Source of the DNA: Lepidodermella squamata
Lineage: Eukaryota; Animalia; Gastrotricha
Direction of reading: 5' to 3'
Assembly: GCA_047495785.1 (NCBI GenBank)
Contig: JBLDXI010000045.1
Coordinates: 124,001-188,000 of the forward strand
DNA: 64,000 nt
Below the pieces are notes generated by a model, which was not told the origin of the DNA, made no database searches, and was given only the letters and a program-made list of their open reading frames with translations. The position numbers and the translations under genes were made by a program. Shown one piece after another: positions 51,370 through 63,116 of this stretch (positions are counted from its first letter, which is position 1; every line of letters starts with the position of its first letter).

Positions 51370-51909
51370 TTTTTGTGCGACTGATGCGCTCCGAAAAAAT
51401 GATTCGAGTTTTATATATAGCGACGCCAATCGATCGAGTAATTGCGTTGAAAAATCATGGGAAAAACCTCGAGGGAGGAGAAATTGAAATGTGTTTTCAC
51501 AGTCCCTTGTTCTAAAATTATCCTTGGGTTCATCATTTTTTATTTTAATGACGCGATAAACATCTCAGGTGGATGTCCACGGTTTAGCGAGGGTTAAACT
51601 CCAGGCGATGTTTTGGCGCGAAGAATCTAATTAATCGCAATTACTTTTTTTATTCGATGTCGATTTTTTATTTAGGTATTTTTTATTTTGTTCAATTGTT
51701 TGCTTGAAGTTATTTTTTTTTCTGTTGGTTGTTTGCGAGGTCAAGGCGATAAAGACTGTAAGATGAATCATTGATAAGAAATGCATTGCTCGCAAAAAAA
51801 ATCGGAACCAGGTACAGCTATTTTATTACAACAAATCTATTTCGAGAGGTTCCTAAAAATAAAAATAAAAGGTTCGATAGGAAAAATCTCTACGATTGAT
51901 AAATTAAAG

Positions 51910-53412
51910 GTCGTCGCTAGCTGCACCCGCGCGCTGGGTGCACAGAATTTGCTCGCTACACCCGAGGGTGCAGGATTATAGCTAGTTACACCCGGAAGGT
52001 GCGCGAAAATAGCTGCGTGCACCCGCATCTGGGTGCGACCATTTTGCTACGTACACCCAATACATTTGATTGGACGGTAATGAAATCACGGGTGCAGAGA
52101 GAAAAACCGCTACACCCACTTGACCGCGCGCGGCGGCTAGAGAGCCATTCATTGCGCGCCAAGCAGTTAATAATCTGTCCGGTGCCGCTGATCAATGTCA
52201 TCAGTTCAAGAGTCGAGGCCTTGAAGATAGGGCTGAAAGCGCAGGCCGATTTCCAGTGTGCAAACCGAAAGCAACATCAATAGGATTAAGGCGGTCGCGA
52301 GTTGGGCGCTATACCACCGCCGCTACCTTTCGCTCGCGTTCATTAACACCACTAATCAATATTCTCGAGCCGGTCTTCAATAACCTATTACCGCCCGGCT
52401 TCCTGCCTTGAACTCGTGCACCCATTGCTTGATTTTCACCTGGAGATCAGTGTTTCCCTCGTGACCCGCAGAATGCACCATGACGGATATGATTGAATAG
52501 TAATTCCTAATTCCTATTCCCTATTCCCTCAATTCCTATACTCTTTATTCCTATTCCTACAATTCCTATTTTCTATTCCTGTAGGCTTTGACATGCCAAG
52601 ATAGGGTGACTTCGGCATGCAAAAATCGATTATGGTAAGGTCGCGAAAGGAGTACCGTGTTGGATCGCCTGGAGGATGGGCAATATAATAATGACATATG
52701 ATTTCATATTCAATTAGTCGGTTTCGGTTTAGCCGTCACCGAAGTTTCAATTAATATTAATATACCGTATTTTTTCGAATAAGGGCCGCGGCGACTATTT
52801 TCCTGATTTTTTGAAAAAGGCCTAAACACGCGGCGATTACTCGGGTGCGGTCTTTATTTCGCCAGGTTTTCCGGTAAAGCTACAATTTTGCGGCGTTTAA
52901 TCGGGTGCGGCCTTTATTTGGAGTGCGGCCCTAATTATTCGAAAAAATACGGTAGAAATTGAAAAAAATGCCTCGACTTTACATATTATGTCCTCTCCCA
53001 AAATGGGTTGTTATGATGCGCATTGTGCACATCCAGGCTGGCCTTTCCTTGGGCTATCCAACGGTACCCCACTCACTAGGTCTTTACCTTATCATATTCG
53101 ATTTTTGGCATGCCAAAGTCACCCATTCTGGCAAGTCAAAGTGACCCTATTGTGCAAAGTGCGCTAATAAATCACCCCAGGTACGTAATCTCGCTAGCTC
53201 GCATTTTACCTTGTTTAATTACTTCTGTACACCTTGCCGCACCGACAGCCGGCTTTTTCCTAATTCCTTATTGTTTGTATAGGGTGTAGCGAGTCAAATC
53301 GTCGCACCCACACTAACGCGCGGTATAGGGTGTAGCGAGCAAAATGGTTGCACCCTTAGGGTGTAACTAGCAAATCGGATGCACCCGCGTGTGGGTGCAA
53401 ATAGCACACTCG
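51910..53412. mobile_element. Nest of at least three inverted-repeat elements
   Basis: Outer arms rich in gctacaccc/gggtgca (about 51915-52125) mirror gggtgtagc/tgcaccc (about 53280-53410). Middle arms at 52587-52640 and 53087-53141. Inner element ta|CCGTATTTTTTCGAATA...TATTCGAAAAAATACGG|ta at 52765-52952. Confidence 0.75.
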
Positions 53413-53700
53413 TAAATTAAATTCCTACAATTTCCAACATACCATAATTATGGAAATTATACTGAGAGGGTACTCAGAGAGTACTGAGACCTAGATACCT
53501 GAGAGAGTACTAAAATTATCAGTCTGAGATAATTTCCGTGCGATAAGACAGCAAAGCGCTATGTGAAGATTATAAAAATATTTGCTCAGTGCTCAGGTAT
53601 GACTCTATGAGCAGCCGCTTCCCAACCTATCCCTCGTTGCCACGTGGTCGCGTTTTCACTAGCTCTACCAATTTCTCACCCGGCGAAATACATTGCAAAA

Positions 53701-56007
53701 ATGCATGCCCCGAATTTGTACCGAATAATCGTTGCTGTTCACTGTGTTTCCGTGTTGGCCACAACACAATTGATTTACGACGAAACGAGCGATCACGATC
53801 AGAAACGGCTGGTAACCCAGTGTTACTCGTGTTTAGCAGCACAAAATAACTGCCACTCTTTCGAAAACGACACAATTCAACCATGTGTAGGCGACGAATA
53901 TGGTTGCTACATATCCAATATAGTGTAAGATGAGACATTATTATGAAACTCTGATTAAATTTTCGACTTATATTCAGGGGTAACTTCGCCAGAGGATGTG
54001 CCGACGATGAAGAATTCTGCCGCTCGCCTAACGTCAAATGCTGTCATCATGACCTTTGCAATAATAGGAGTTTTTTCGAGGAATTCGTTGCTTCGTTTTC
54101 CAAGAACGTCAATGGCGGGCAAATCAGCTCTGTACCAATAACTGTCGATTGCTTACCACCTGAAAATAACGAGGTTGAGGAGCCTAGAATGGATAAGGAA
54201 AATCGACTTCCTGAAATAACTACAACTATTTATTTATCACCGGAAGTTCAGAAAAGCGACGTGCCAATTAAGGAGGACACTTATATAATTATTTCGATTT
54301 TGGTTGGCGCATTTTTTCTGGGGCCGGTAATATTGCGGCTGCGGTGCCGTCCTCAGCTGATTCGTAAACTTCCGCCAATCTGCATCACTATCGGCCAATT
54401 AATCACTGGCTTTGCTGCGACCACCTTGTTCGTACCTTACGCTACTTTCTTGCTGACGAATCATGACTTTTTCACACCGTTCATCATGCATGTCGATGAG
54501 AATAATGGGACAACTCATTTAGCACGAACCATTGTCTTCCCAGCTCTGGCTTTTCTTTACGTGCTAACCGGTGTGATTTTCGGAGTTTCTCTAGCCGGCT
54601 TTGACCCAATGTTTGCAAACTTGATCGGGAACATTGTCGGCCGTAAAACACTATCAGTCATAATTTGCCTGAATTCGGCTTTCTTGGCGGGCTTCCTGTC
54701 TTACGTCTACATCCAACGTAATCCGAGATTTAGGCCGGGTAAATTTGTCGGACAATTGATCAAGCTGCAGTACCAACAGTGGTTCAGAAAAGGTGTTGAA
54801 CCTATTGCGGCGATTTTTTACACCAAGACTAAGGACAAAGACTTTCAAACTGTAATTTTTCGAGATGGTTATTCAATGGTTAGTTCTTTTAGGCTTCAAC
54901 TTTTTCCTACAATGTATAATTTGTAAAAAAAAGCGTTTCCGCATCCACGATGATTCCGTCTCAGTTACGGCACTTGCAGCCGGGCAATTGAAACCTCCGT
55001 CAGATGACCATAAGGACAGCTTCAAAATATACCACATCGTCTATGATAATTTACGGAATTATTTCTACGTAATCCTTGGAAAATTCAACGATGGAAATGA
55101 CGCCATTTATTGCGCCAGGGCTAATGATATTTTCAAAAACAACATGAACGGTGCTGATGTTCGCCTAACAGAATTCATCACACCTGATTCGTTCCCGGGC
55201 CCTAGGTCGGATAGCTTTAATCCTGGTTTTAACGGGATGGCTATTCTTGACGAAGCCAATACTAGTAAGCCTTCGTTACTCTTCGTATGCCACCCATTTC
55301 TGCAGCAAATCACAATATGGGCAATTTCTGGCGACTATGGCAATCAACCAATTACCGCATTTGTTCAGTCGATTTCTCCCTTGGATAACTTCGTCAGGGA
55401 ATTGACAACACCTTTCGCACCCATGTATTGTGCTATTCATAACGATGTTCAGAATGGCCTAACTCTGGTTACGTCTTTGTTGAGGTCGAATTCGATTGCA
55501 GCCCTCAAACTCAGTAAAACCTTGAGACCTAATTCTGTAGTTAACCAGCCGCCAGCAGCCACTCCTGAGCAAGAAGCGGTCGACGACACTGAGGAACGCC
55601 CAATGATGGTACGTACAGCATCTACAGCTCAATTAATAACCAACGTTCCCAACTTGGAGGTAAGAGACGCTAAAGTATTCGATAGATTTTCAACGGGAGG
55701 GAAATGGGAGGAAACTTTGAGTGCCCCCCGGGCGATGGTCTTCGACGAAAATAACGATTTGTTGATCGCCGATAATAAGCGGATTTTCATTGTTGAACAT
55801 CCTTCGAATTTGCTGGATAAACCTCCGACATATGATGACAAGGGCGTGCTGATAATTCCTCCAATTCCTTGCTGTAAATTGGTTGAAATAGGATATTTGC
55901 CTTATCGCTACGCCCCATTTGTGTGGAATGGAAAGAGGACATTGCTTATGAGTGTCAACGAATTCGATCACAGTGGTGATATCATCATGATCAAGGACTA
56001 TTGTTAA
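53701..56007 (+). CDS. LU-domain multipass membrane protein with beta-propeller-like C-terminus, copy 2
   Basis: Exons 53701-53924, 53978-54878, 54934-56007, with the same intron positions as copy 1. QCYSC...RGCADDEEFCRSPNVKCCHHDLCN; ends GDIIMIKDYC. Confidence 0.8.
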
Positions 56008-56965
56008 GGCTGGAAATCACAGGAAAATAAATGATGCATGATTATAATATGCATAATAGGATACGAATCACGTGATGAAGTCTTGGAATTATTTCTTGGT
56101 AATTTATCCAGCGAAAAGTAGGACGATGGTGTAGAGGTAAATTAATGGAATACCTATCAGATCACGGTAAAATTGGATGTCCGCAGTTTAGCGAGGGCTA
56201 TAAACTCCCGGCAATGATTTATCGCGATATGAGTGAATGATGGATCCAGTTTTTTCAAGATCAGTTAAATCTATAACTGATTTCAATTTCGATATCATTT
56301 ATATTATATAACATGAGTAAAGAGTTCATATCTCAACGGAGCCGGCCGAGATTTACGAATCTTGAATATGCATAAGGTGCTAATTAATATTCCGAATCCC
56401 TCAATGTTGAGAATTATTATGCCAGAAAAATTCTGGAAAAATTATTTTTGATATGTCGTAACCTTATTACAACTGCTCAAATTTTTCTGCGTTTTTTAAT
56501 TGGCACTTATAACTAAGAATGCCCTAGTTTCATTACACATCATGAATATATTCAAATTCTTGAAACTATTCCACTTTCACTGGAGCTATTTTTAGAGCTC
56601 ATGTAAATGGCGTCATTTTGGTCCGTTTTGCAGCGGATATAAACAGCCTCATTTCGCGCGTGCGATAAATTTCAATTAGCGTCGCCTCAATTCCACCGTG
56701 CGGATCTTTTGATGATCATTGTATATAGCTTAAATTGTTAAGATATGATAATAAATTGATGGAGCTCGTGTATCGCAGTATAAATTAAAAGTCCCCGATA
56801 ATGTCCCTGCGATATAAGGTTGGACGCGTATTGTTATCTTAAAATGATATGATAAGACACAAATAATAATGTCTCAGGTATGACTATTTAAACCGACCGG
56901 CTTTCTGACTCTTAATTTACTTTTGCGACGTATACTATAGCCTGTTTTAGGGCAAATAATTTCGG

Positions 56966-59900
56966 ATGCATGTAGAAATGTTTAGCCGAAATTCCCACCG
57001 AATAATCTTTGCTATTCACTGTGTTTCCGTGTTTGCTACAGCACAATTAATTTACGACAAATCGAGCGATCACGATCAGAAACGACTGGTGACCGAGTGC
57101 TACTCGTGTGAAATAAATCTCTATAACTGCCAGTCTTTCGGAAACGACAAAATTATAAAAAGCGGCGGCGACGATTTTGCGTGCTACCAGTCCAATCAAG
57201 AGTAAGAGGCCCATTATAACTTTAATAAATACTCTAATTTAACAAAATGTATATGCCTTAGAGGTAACTGGGGTAGAGGAAGTGCCGATGAAGAATTCTG
57301 CCGCTCGCCTAACGTCAAATGCTGCCATACAAACCTTTGCAATAATAGGAGTTTTTTCGAGGAATCCGTTGATTCGTTTTCCAAGAACGCCAATGACAGG
57401 GAAATCAGCCCTGTACCTACTGCCAATTATTTACCACTGAAAAATAACGCGGTTGAGGAACCTAAAAAGGAGGAATCTTTCATATCAATATGTATTTTAA
57501 TTGGAGCTGTAATTTTGGGACCAGGGGTACTGTGGCTGCGATGCCATCCGCAGCTTATTGTTCGCAAACTACCACCCGTCCTTCTAACTACTGGTCAATT
57601 GATCAGTGGTTTCGCTTCGGTCATCTTAATCCTACCTTATGGCATATTTCTGTTGAGGAGACACGACTTTTTCACGCCTTTCATTATGCACGTGGATGAA
57701 AACAACAGAAATGCTCACCGCGCCCGTACTATTGTCTTCCCTATCGCGGCTTATATCTATATGATTTTCGGTTCAATTGTTGCCGTTACTTGGGCTGGGC
57801 TCGACCCGACGTTTTCACCGCTTGTGAATCGCATAAATCCCAGCGTAATGACCTGGATGATACGGCTAAACGTGTTGTTCTTGTCCTGTTTCCTGTCATA
57901 TGCCTTCATTGAGCGAAATCCCAGGTGCAGACCGAAAAAACCTGCAGCGCAATGTATCAAGCTGAATCTTCGGGAGTGTTTTAGTATAGGAGAAGCACCT
58001 ATCGTTGGCATTATCAATATCAAGGCTAAGGATCATGTAGCCGTATGTCAAGATGGTCTTACAATAGTAAGTTTTTTGGCTTACCGTATAAGGGTGGTTA
58101 ATTTTGACTAAAACTTGGTTTTCTTCTCTAGAAAATCAGGAAAAACTTATAAAAATGTAGCAATATCAGGGCATGAGGGGGGGCCAATTTACATGTCTAG
58201 CAAAATTTCCCAATTTTTCCAAGTTACATTTTAGACAAATGGTGCGTGCAGACTTCGTGCAGAACCTTAAGGTTTTCTTGAAATTCAGAAAAAAATGCGC
58301 ACATGTTGCCAAGAAAGCGATGAAGTCATTTAAACTCGATTCAAATTTTCATAGACATATTTTACAGATTTAACAGATAGGACACCAACGACACTTTGTG
58401 TTCCCTTATGGTTAATTTTCTAAAATTCGCCAAAAAGGGCTATATTTGGTGGTTTTGGGCAAAATTCCCATTCTTCTGCGACGGCTGGTTCTTTCGGAAT
58501 TTTTTTAAAAATTTAAAAAAAATTAGTTTATCCATATTGAGAATTTTTTCTATCCGACGATATATAATTTGCCCGGCAGATAATTTATTTCGATTTTCCG
58601 ATTATTTTTGGCCGTCCATATTGGACTTTGAATTCTCTCACAGCGTTGTTCAGAGATATTCTAGCAAATAATAATTTTTCGACCCCCAAAAAAATCAGAA
58701 AATCGAAATAAATTATCTGCCGAGCAAAATATATATCGTCGGATAGAGAAAATTCTCAATATGGATAAACTCATTTTTTCAAATTTTTAAAAAAATTTCC
58801 GAAAGAACCTATACCTATCTCAATATATAGCCCTTTTTGGCGAATTTTAGAAAATTAACCAAAAGGGAACACAAAGTGTACCTGGTACCATTAGATAGAG
58901 GGCCGCTTCTAGTTTCTAGTATTTATGAGCAGAACATCAAATTTTTTGAAAGGGGTACCTGTGGCTTTTTTTATTTTTGAAATTAATTAAAATTATAATG
59001 GGCTGATAGGGCGTTGGGTAACATAAAAAGTGGTCGCGTGCCGCACTCTTTGCAAATTCAGCTCGAATAAATTCACTATGGAAAGATCGTTGGTGTATCT
59101 GTTGTCTATGCAAACTTTTTTAACGCTATTTTGAGCTAAATTTTGAGCTCACCTGTAAAAAGTCCCGAGCGCCAAATGTCCCATTTTTTTAAGTCGACAG
59201 TTCATGATGTCAAGTACTGCTAGTAAATTTTTCGGCTTGTTTCAGGTTGACCGGAAATAAGGGGGCCCAAATCGACGTTTTGAGACATCCCACCGTTTTA
59301 TTTATTACAAAAACAGGTAAATTTCAGAATACCTTATATTTGGTACCGTTGGGAAGCCCGTCATTCCAGGCACCTTGAGAATTTAATGGGAATTTTCCAA
59401 CCTCACGTTTTGTCCAAATATAGCCTGTCCAAAACTAAACAACCTTACGGTATTATTGTTTGACTCAAGCTTCAACTTTATTATTTTGGCTAAAAGAAAT
59501 TCCAAAGTCGCGGGGATTCTGACGATTCAGTGACGAAGCTAGCAGCCGGGCGACTCAAACCGCCACGAGATGTCGAGGCAAACGACTTCAAAATATACCA
59601 TCAAGTTTATGACAGGTTGCGAAGCTACATCTACGTGATTCTCGGAAATTTTAGTGTCGGCAACAACGCGATATATTGTGCGAAAGTCAGAGATTTATTC
59701 ATCAAAAATAGGGATGGTTCCGAGCCTCAGTTGACGAAATTCATCACTGCTCAGGGCATTCCTAATCTACCGCTCACGCCCGGTTTCAACGGCATGGCGC
59801 TGCTTGACGCAACTAACACTACTGAATCGTCGCTCCTTTTCGTATGCCATCCATTAATAGGGCGAATTACAGTCTGGGCAATTTTCGGCCACTATAACCC

Positions 59901-60534
59901 TGACTATAACGATGATGGAAAACCAACTTTTGCTTATTTGAGGTCAATTTCTGACGCGGATGAGCCTGTGAATAAGTTGGGCATACCCTTCAAACCTACG
60001 TATTGTGCCATCCATAGAGATATTCAGGGAGGCTTAACTTTGGTGGCTTCCCTAAAGGACTCGAAGTTCATTGTTGCCTTAAAACTCGAGAAAACGCTTT
60101 GTCGTAAAGCTCCTGCCACAGACGCAGACACAGAGGCAGATGCAGATGCAGATGACTCCCCGTCTACACCGCTTGAACAGCATGCACCTTCCGTTCAAAT
60201 TTTCGATACTAACTTGGACGTTGTAAGTGCTAAAATGTTCGACAGTGTCTCAATCGGATCAACTGATGGAAAGGAATGGAATGAACCCATGAAGGCGCCG
60301 AAAGCAGTAGCTTTCGACGATAAACGTCTGCTGATCGCTGAAAATGGGCGAATTTTCGCCATCGAACCTATCTCTAGTCTGCTGGGAGACCAAGCTCCGC
60401 CCAGTAAAATCACTGGAGTCAGCCGATATGTGCCTTATCGATTAGCTTCGTTTGTGTGCGATGGCAAAAAGGCGATACTTATGAGTAGCAAGGAATCCGA
60501 TCACCGCGGAGATATTATGATGATCAGAGACTAA
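56966..60534 (+). CDS. LU-domain multipass membrane protein with beta-propeller-like C-terminus, copy 3
   Basis: Exons 56966-57201, 57262-58066, 59497-60534 in phase. Intron 2 is expanded by a TIR element. Ends GDIMMIRD. Confidence 0.8.
58084..59450. mobile_element. TIR element in intron 2 of LU gene copy 3 containing a long internal palindrome (about 58391-58879)
   Basis: ta|ccgtataagggtggttaattttgac versus gtccaaaactaaacaaccttacgg|ta. Internal arms of about 200 bp begin acactttgtgttccctt and end aagggaacacaaagtgt. Confidence 0.75.
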
Positions 60535-60705
60535 TTATCTTCGAACATTTTTATTCATAAAATCTGTTATAACGAATAAAAGAGCTATTGCTCCTTTCTT
60601 GATAATATGCTGGTGATGAGCCGCTTTATATTAGTTCTTGGGATGATTTGAAAATAAACTAATCACGACCCTGGAAGATGTAATATTGATCTGGAAATTA
60701 TTAAA

Positions 60706-63116
60706 TTATTTCTTGGTTAATTCGACGAATAGTGCGATGTATATGAAGAGTAAGGCGAAGGTTAACAGCGTGAAGGCAGCCGCATCGGCCTTTCTCCCCA
60801 ATTTCAGTTGAGTTTCCTTCAACTTGATCAGCTCAGTGATTGAGCTCGCTTTTTTCGTTATCGTCGCCTCGGCGATTCCCAAGCTCGCCGCGATGTAAAG
60901 GGTGCAGACGAACCCGAGTATAAGATTGACGCCGGTAAAGCCCTGAACTAAATAAAGCTCGCCAGACGGTGGCAATCTTCGTCTGATGTCGTTGTCAAAA
61001 ATCGCGAACGTGAATAGGACTATCACGGAAAAAATCGTCCGCTCTGGGACATGGCCAGGCAGGGCCAAGGTCGATAGCTGAACGATATTCAACCCGACAC
61101 AGGGCACAAAGATATACATGATAAATGGCCCGCTTTTTCGCTCGATTTGGAAGGAAAATCTCGCCTGGGACGTGCAAAGGGTTCGATTAGCGCCGAGAAT
61201 AGTCCCGCCTAAGCACCTGCGATAGGTATCAGCCGATATTTGCTTAATTGCCCAGCGGCTAGATTCGAGATCACTCGAGCTGATAAGCCAATCAGCGGTT
61301 GTGAAGTTAGCGAACTCAATTGGAAGGCGGTGTTCGAAAACCAGTTGGCAGATTTGAACATCGAACGGGAATTTACGGATCGTACTCAACGTGCAGTGGG
61401 CTGCCCAGTTGCCCGTCGGCCAGAATTGAACACTGCCATCGCTGAAAACCATAACAGTTGCGCCGAAACCATTTGCATCAACCACCTCAAAATTAAAAAA
61501 ATATTAAATATTACAATTTAAATTGGGGACTTGGAACTGATTGGAATAATTTGGTAATGAATTCCCTATAGCCCTCGGATACCGTCATTTGGGGTAATCT
61601 GGGTCATTGGGGCTATTCGGACGAATGTTCATGAAAACGGGAGAATGAGCATAGCTTGAAAACTACCCGGCCATTGGCAATGAAATTTTGCACAGAGTTA
61701 GGTGGAAAGACGACCCACATGCCATAAAAATTTCATGACCTGAGAGTAAGTGGTTGTGAAGATATGGGCTTACCTTTCAGGTGTAAGTTTAACTCAATTT
61801 AATCACTGTTCTGCGTTGAATTACCTGGAACCGAAGAGAATTTTGCTGGACCTGCGCCCAATTTTTCCTGAATCTACAGACGCTAGGGCACCCATGAAAA
61901 TTAAAAACGGCCCGATCCGACTCATACTTTTGTCTAATTAATTGCGTCCTTTTAGCCCCACGAAAAAATGATGTTGTGGGGCTATTCGGTGTATCATTTT
62001 GAATATGCTAATGAGCTGCATTGTTCAAAAGTTCCTCGCTGATTAAAGTGGTCTTTGAATTCATTAGCTTTTTAAACTTTTGAATAAACTGGAAGGGCTG
62101 CAAAAGACTAATTTTACGTGCAATACGACAAGTCAATTGATTAATTAATTAAATAATTCAACTAGAAATCAGTGCACTATATTGCTTAAATCGTTGTGCA
62201 TAAAAATAATGGAAAGTTTTTGCGGACAAAAAAATGTTTCGCGGCGTGGGCTCGAACCCTGCTTTCGTACTTTGCTGTGCTTTCTAGGAGCACATCCAAA
62301 GCCACTCGACCACCGATCACAACATATCAGTAATATTTGAATTGAGTATTTATGTATCATTAATAGCCCCACACCTGTCCGAATAGCCCCATCCGTGGGG
62401 CTATTTGGAATCCTGGTTCCATTGGAATCAGGACCTTCTGAAACGTGTAAAAATGCAAAAAAATCAGGGGGTAATTTTTTTTCGCCGTCCGGATAGCCCC
62501 AAGTGACGGTAATTATCATTTTATTTTAACCATAATTCATTAGCAACTTATTCTAATCAGTTCCAAGTCCCCAATTTAAGACCCAGCCTCTAACCCTAAC
62601 CTAATCCTAACCCTAATCCTGACCCTAATCCTGACCCTAATCCTGACCCTAATCCGGACACTAAACTAATCCTAACCTAATCTAACCCTAACCCTAACCA
62701 GTTAAATAACCGAATAAAATGGTTAGGTATTGAATTTAAAGAAATTTGGTACCGCATTAAGATTTTTCGATTTACCGATTATTTTTACTCACGTCAATTT
62801 CAGTTGCGCTGTTTCGTAAAATTAAAGCAGGGGTCCATAGCTGGTTCGAATCCATTGAGATAGCTTTCATCTGTGCGCCCAACCGCGGCCATCGCGCTTT
62901 CGCCGCTGTCCAGAAACAGCCGCTATCGTCGTTCCAGGTCACGCCGAGCGCCCCTGACATTGTGAAAATTTCCGACGCCTCATCAACGTCGAATCTTCGA
63001 GATGCGTAAAATACAGCCTTGAAAGCTATACGGCCGTCTTGGTTCGCCGATGGGTCGCAATCTAGCGTGATTGTACTATCTATTAAGGCGGCTATGATGA
63101 AAATCGCTGATTTCAT
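60706..63116 (-). CDS. Divergent Cys-loop ligand-gated ion channel subunit B
   Basis: Exons 63116 (or 63164) to 62793 and 61485-60706 join in phase 0 (TEID|VVDANG). FDVDEASEIF, LWTPALILRNS, VFSDGSVQFWP, CTLSTIRKFPFDVQIC, four TM helices. Confidence 0.88.
61519..62579. mobile_element. Nested TIR elements in the intron of channel B
   Basis: Outer arms ttaaattggggacttggaactgatt...taatgaatt and aattcatta...aatcagttccaagtccccaatttaa. Inner element ta|ccgtcatttgggg (61582) to ccccaagtgacgg|ta (62509). Confidence 0.75.
62238..62319 (-). other. tRNA-derived sequence (pseudo-tRNA-Leu(TAG)-like or SINE head)
   Basis: Minus strand: A box TGGTCGAGTGG, stem-loop GTGCT-CCTAGAA-AGCAC, long variable region, B box GGTTCGAGCCC. 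Acceptor and T stems are mismatched. Confidence 0.5.
62590..62700. repeat. Interstitial telomere-like (CCCTAA/TCCTGA variant) hexamer array
   Basis: ctaaccctaacctaatcctaaccctaatcctgaccctaatcctgacc...ctaaccctaaccctaacc. Confidence 0.8.

Noticed and set aside
51915-53410. CRISPR-like repeat-spacer array
   Set aside because: The repeats are degenerate, irregularly spaced and inverted between the two ends, as for transposon subterminal repeats; the context is eukaryotic with no cas genes.
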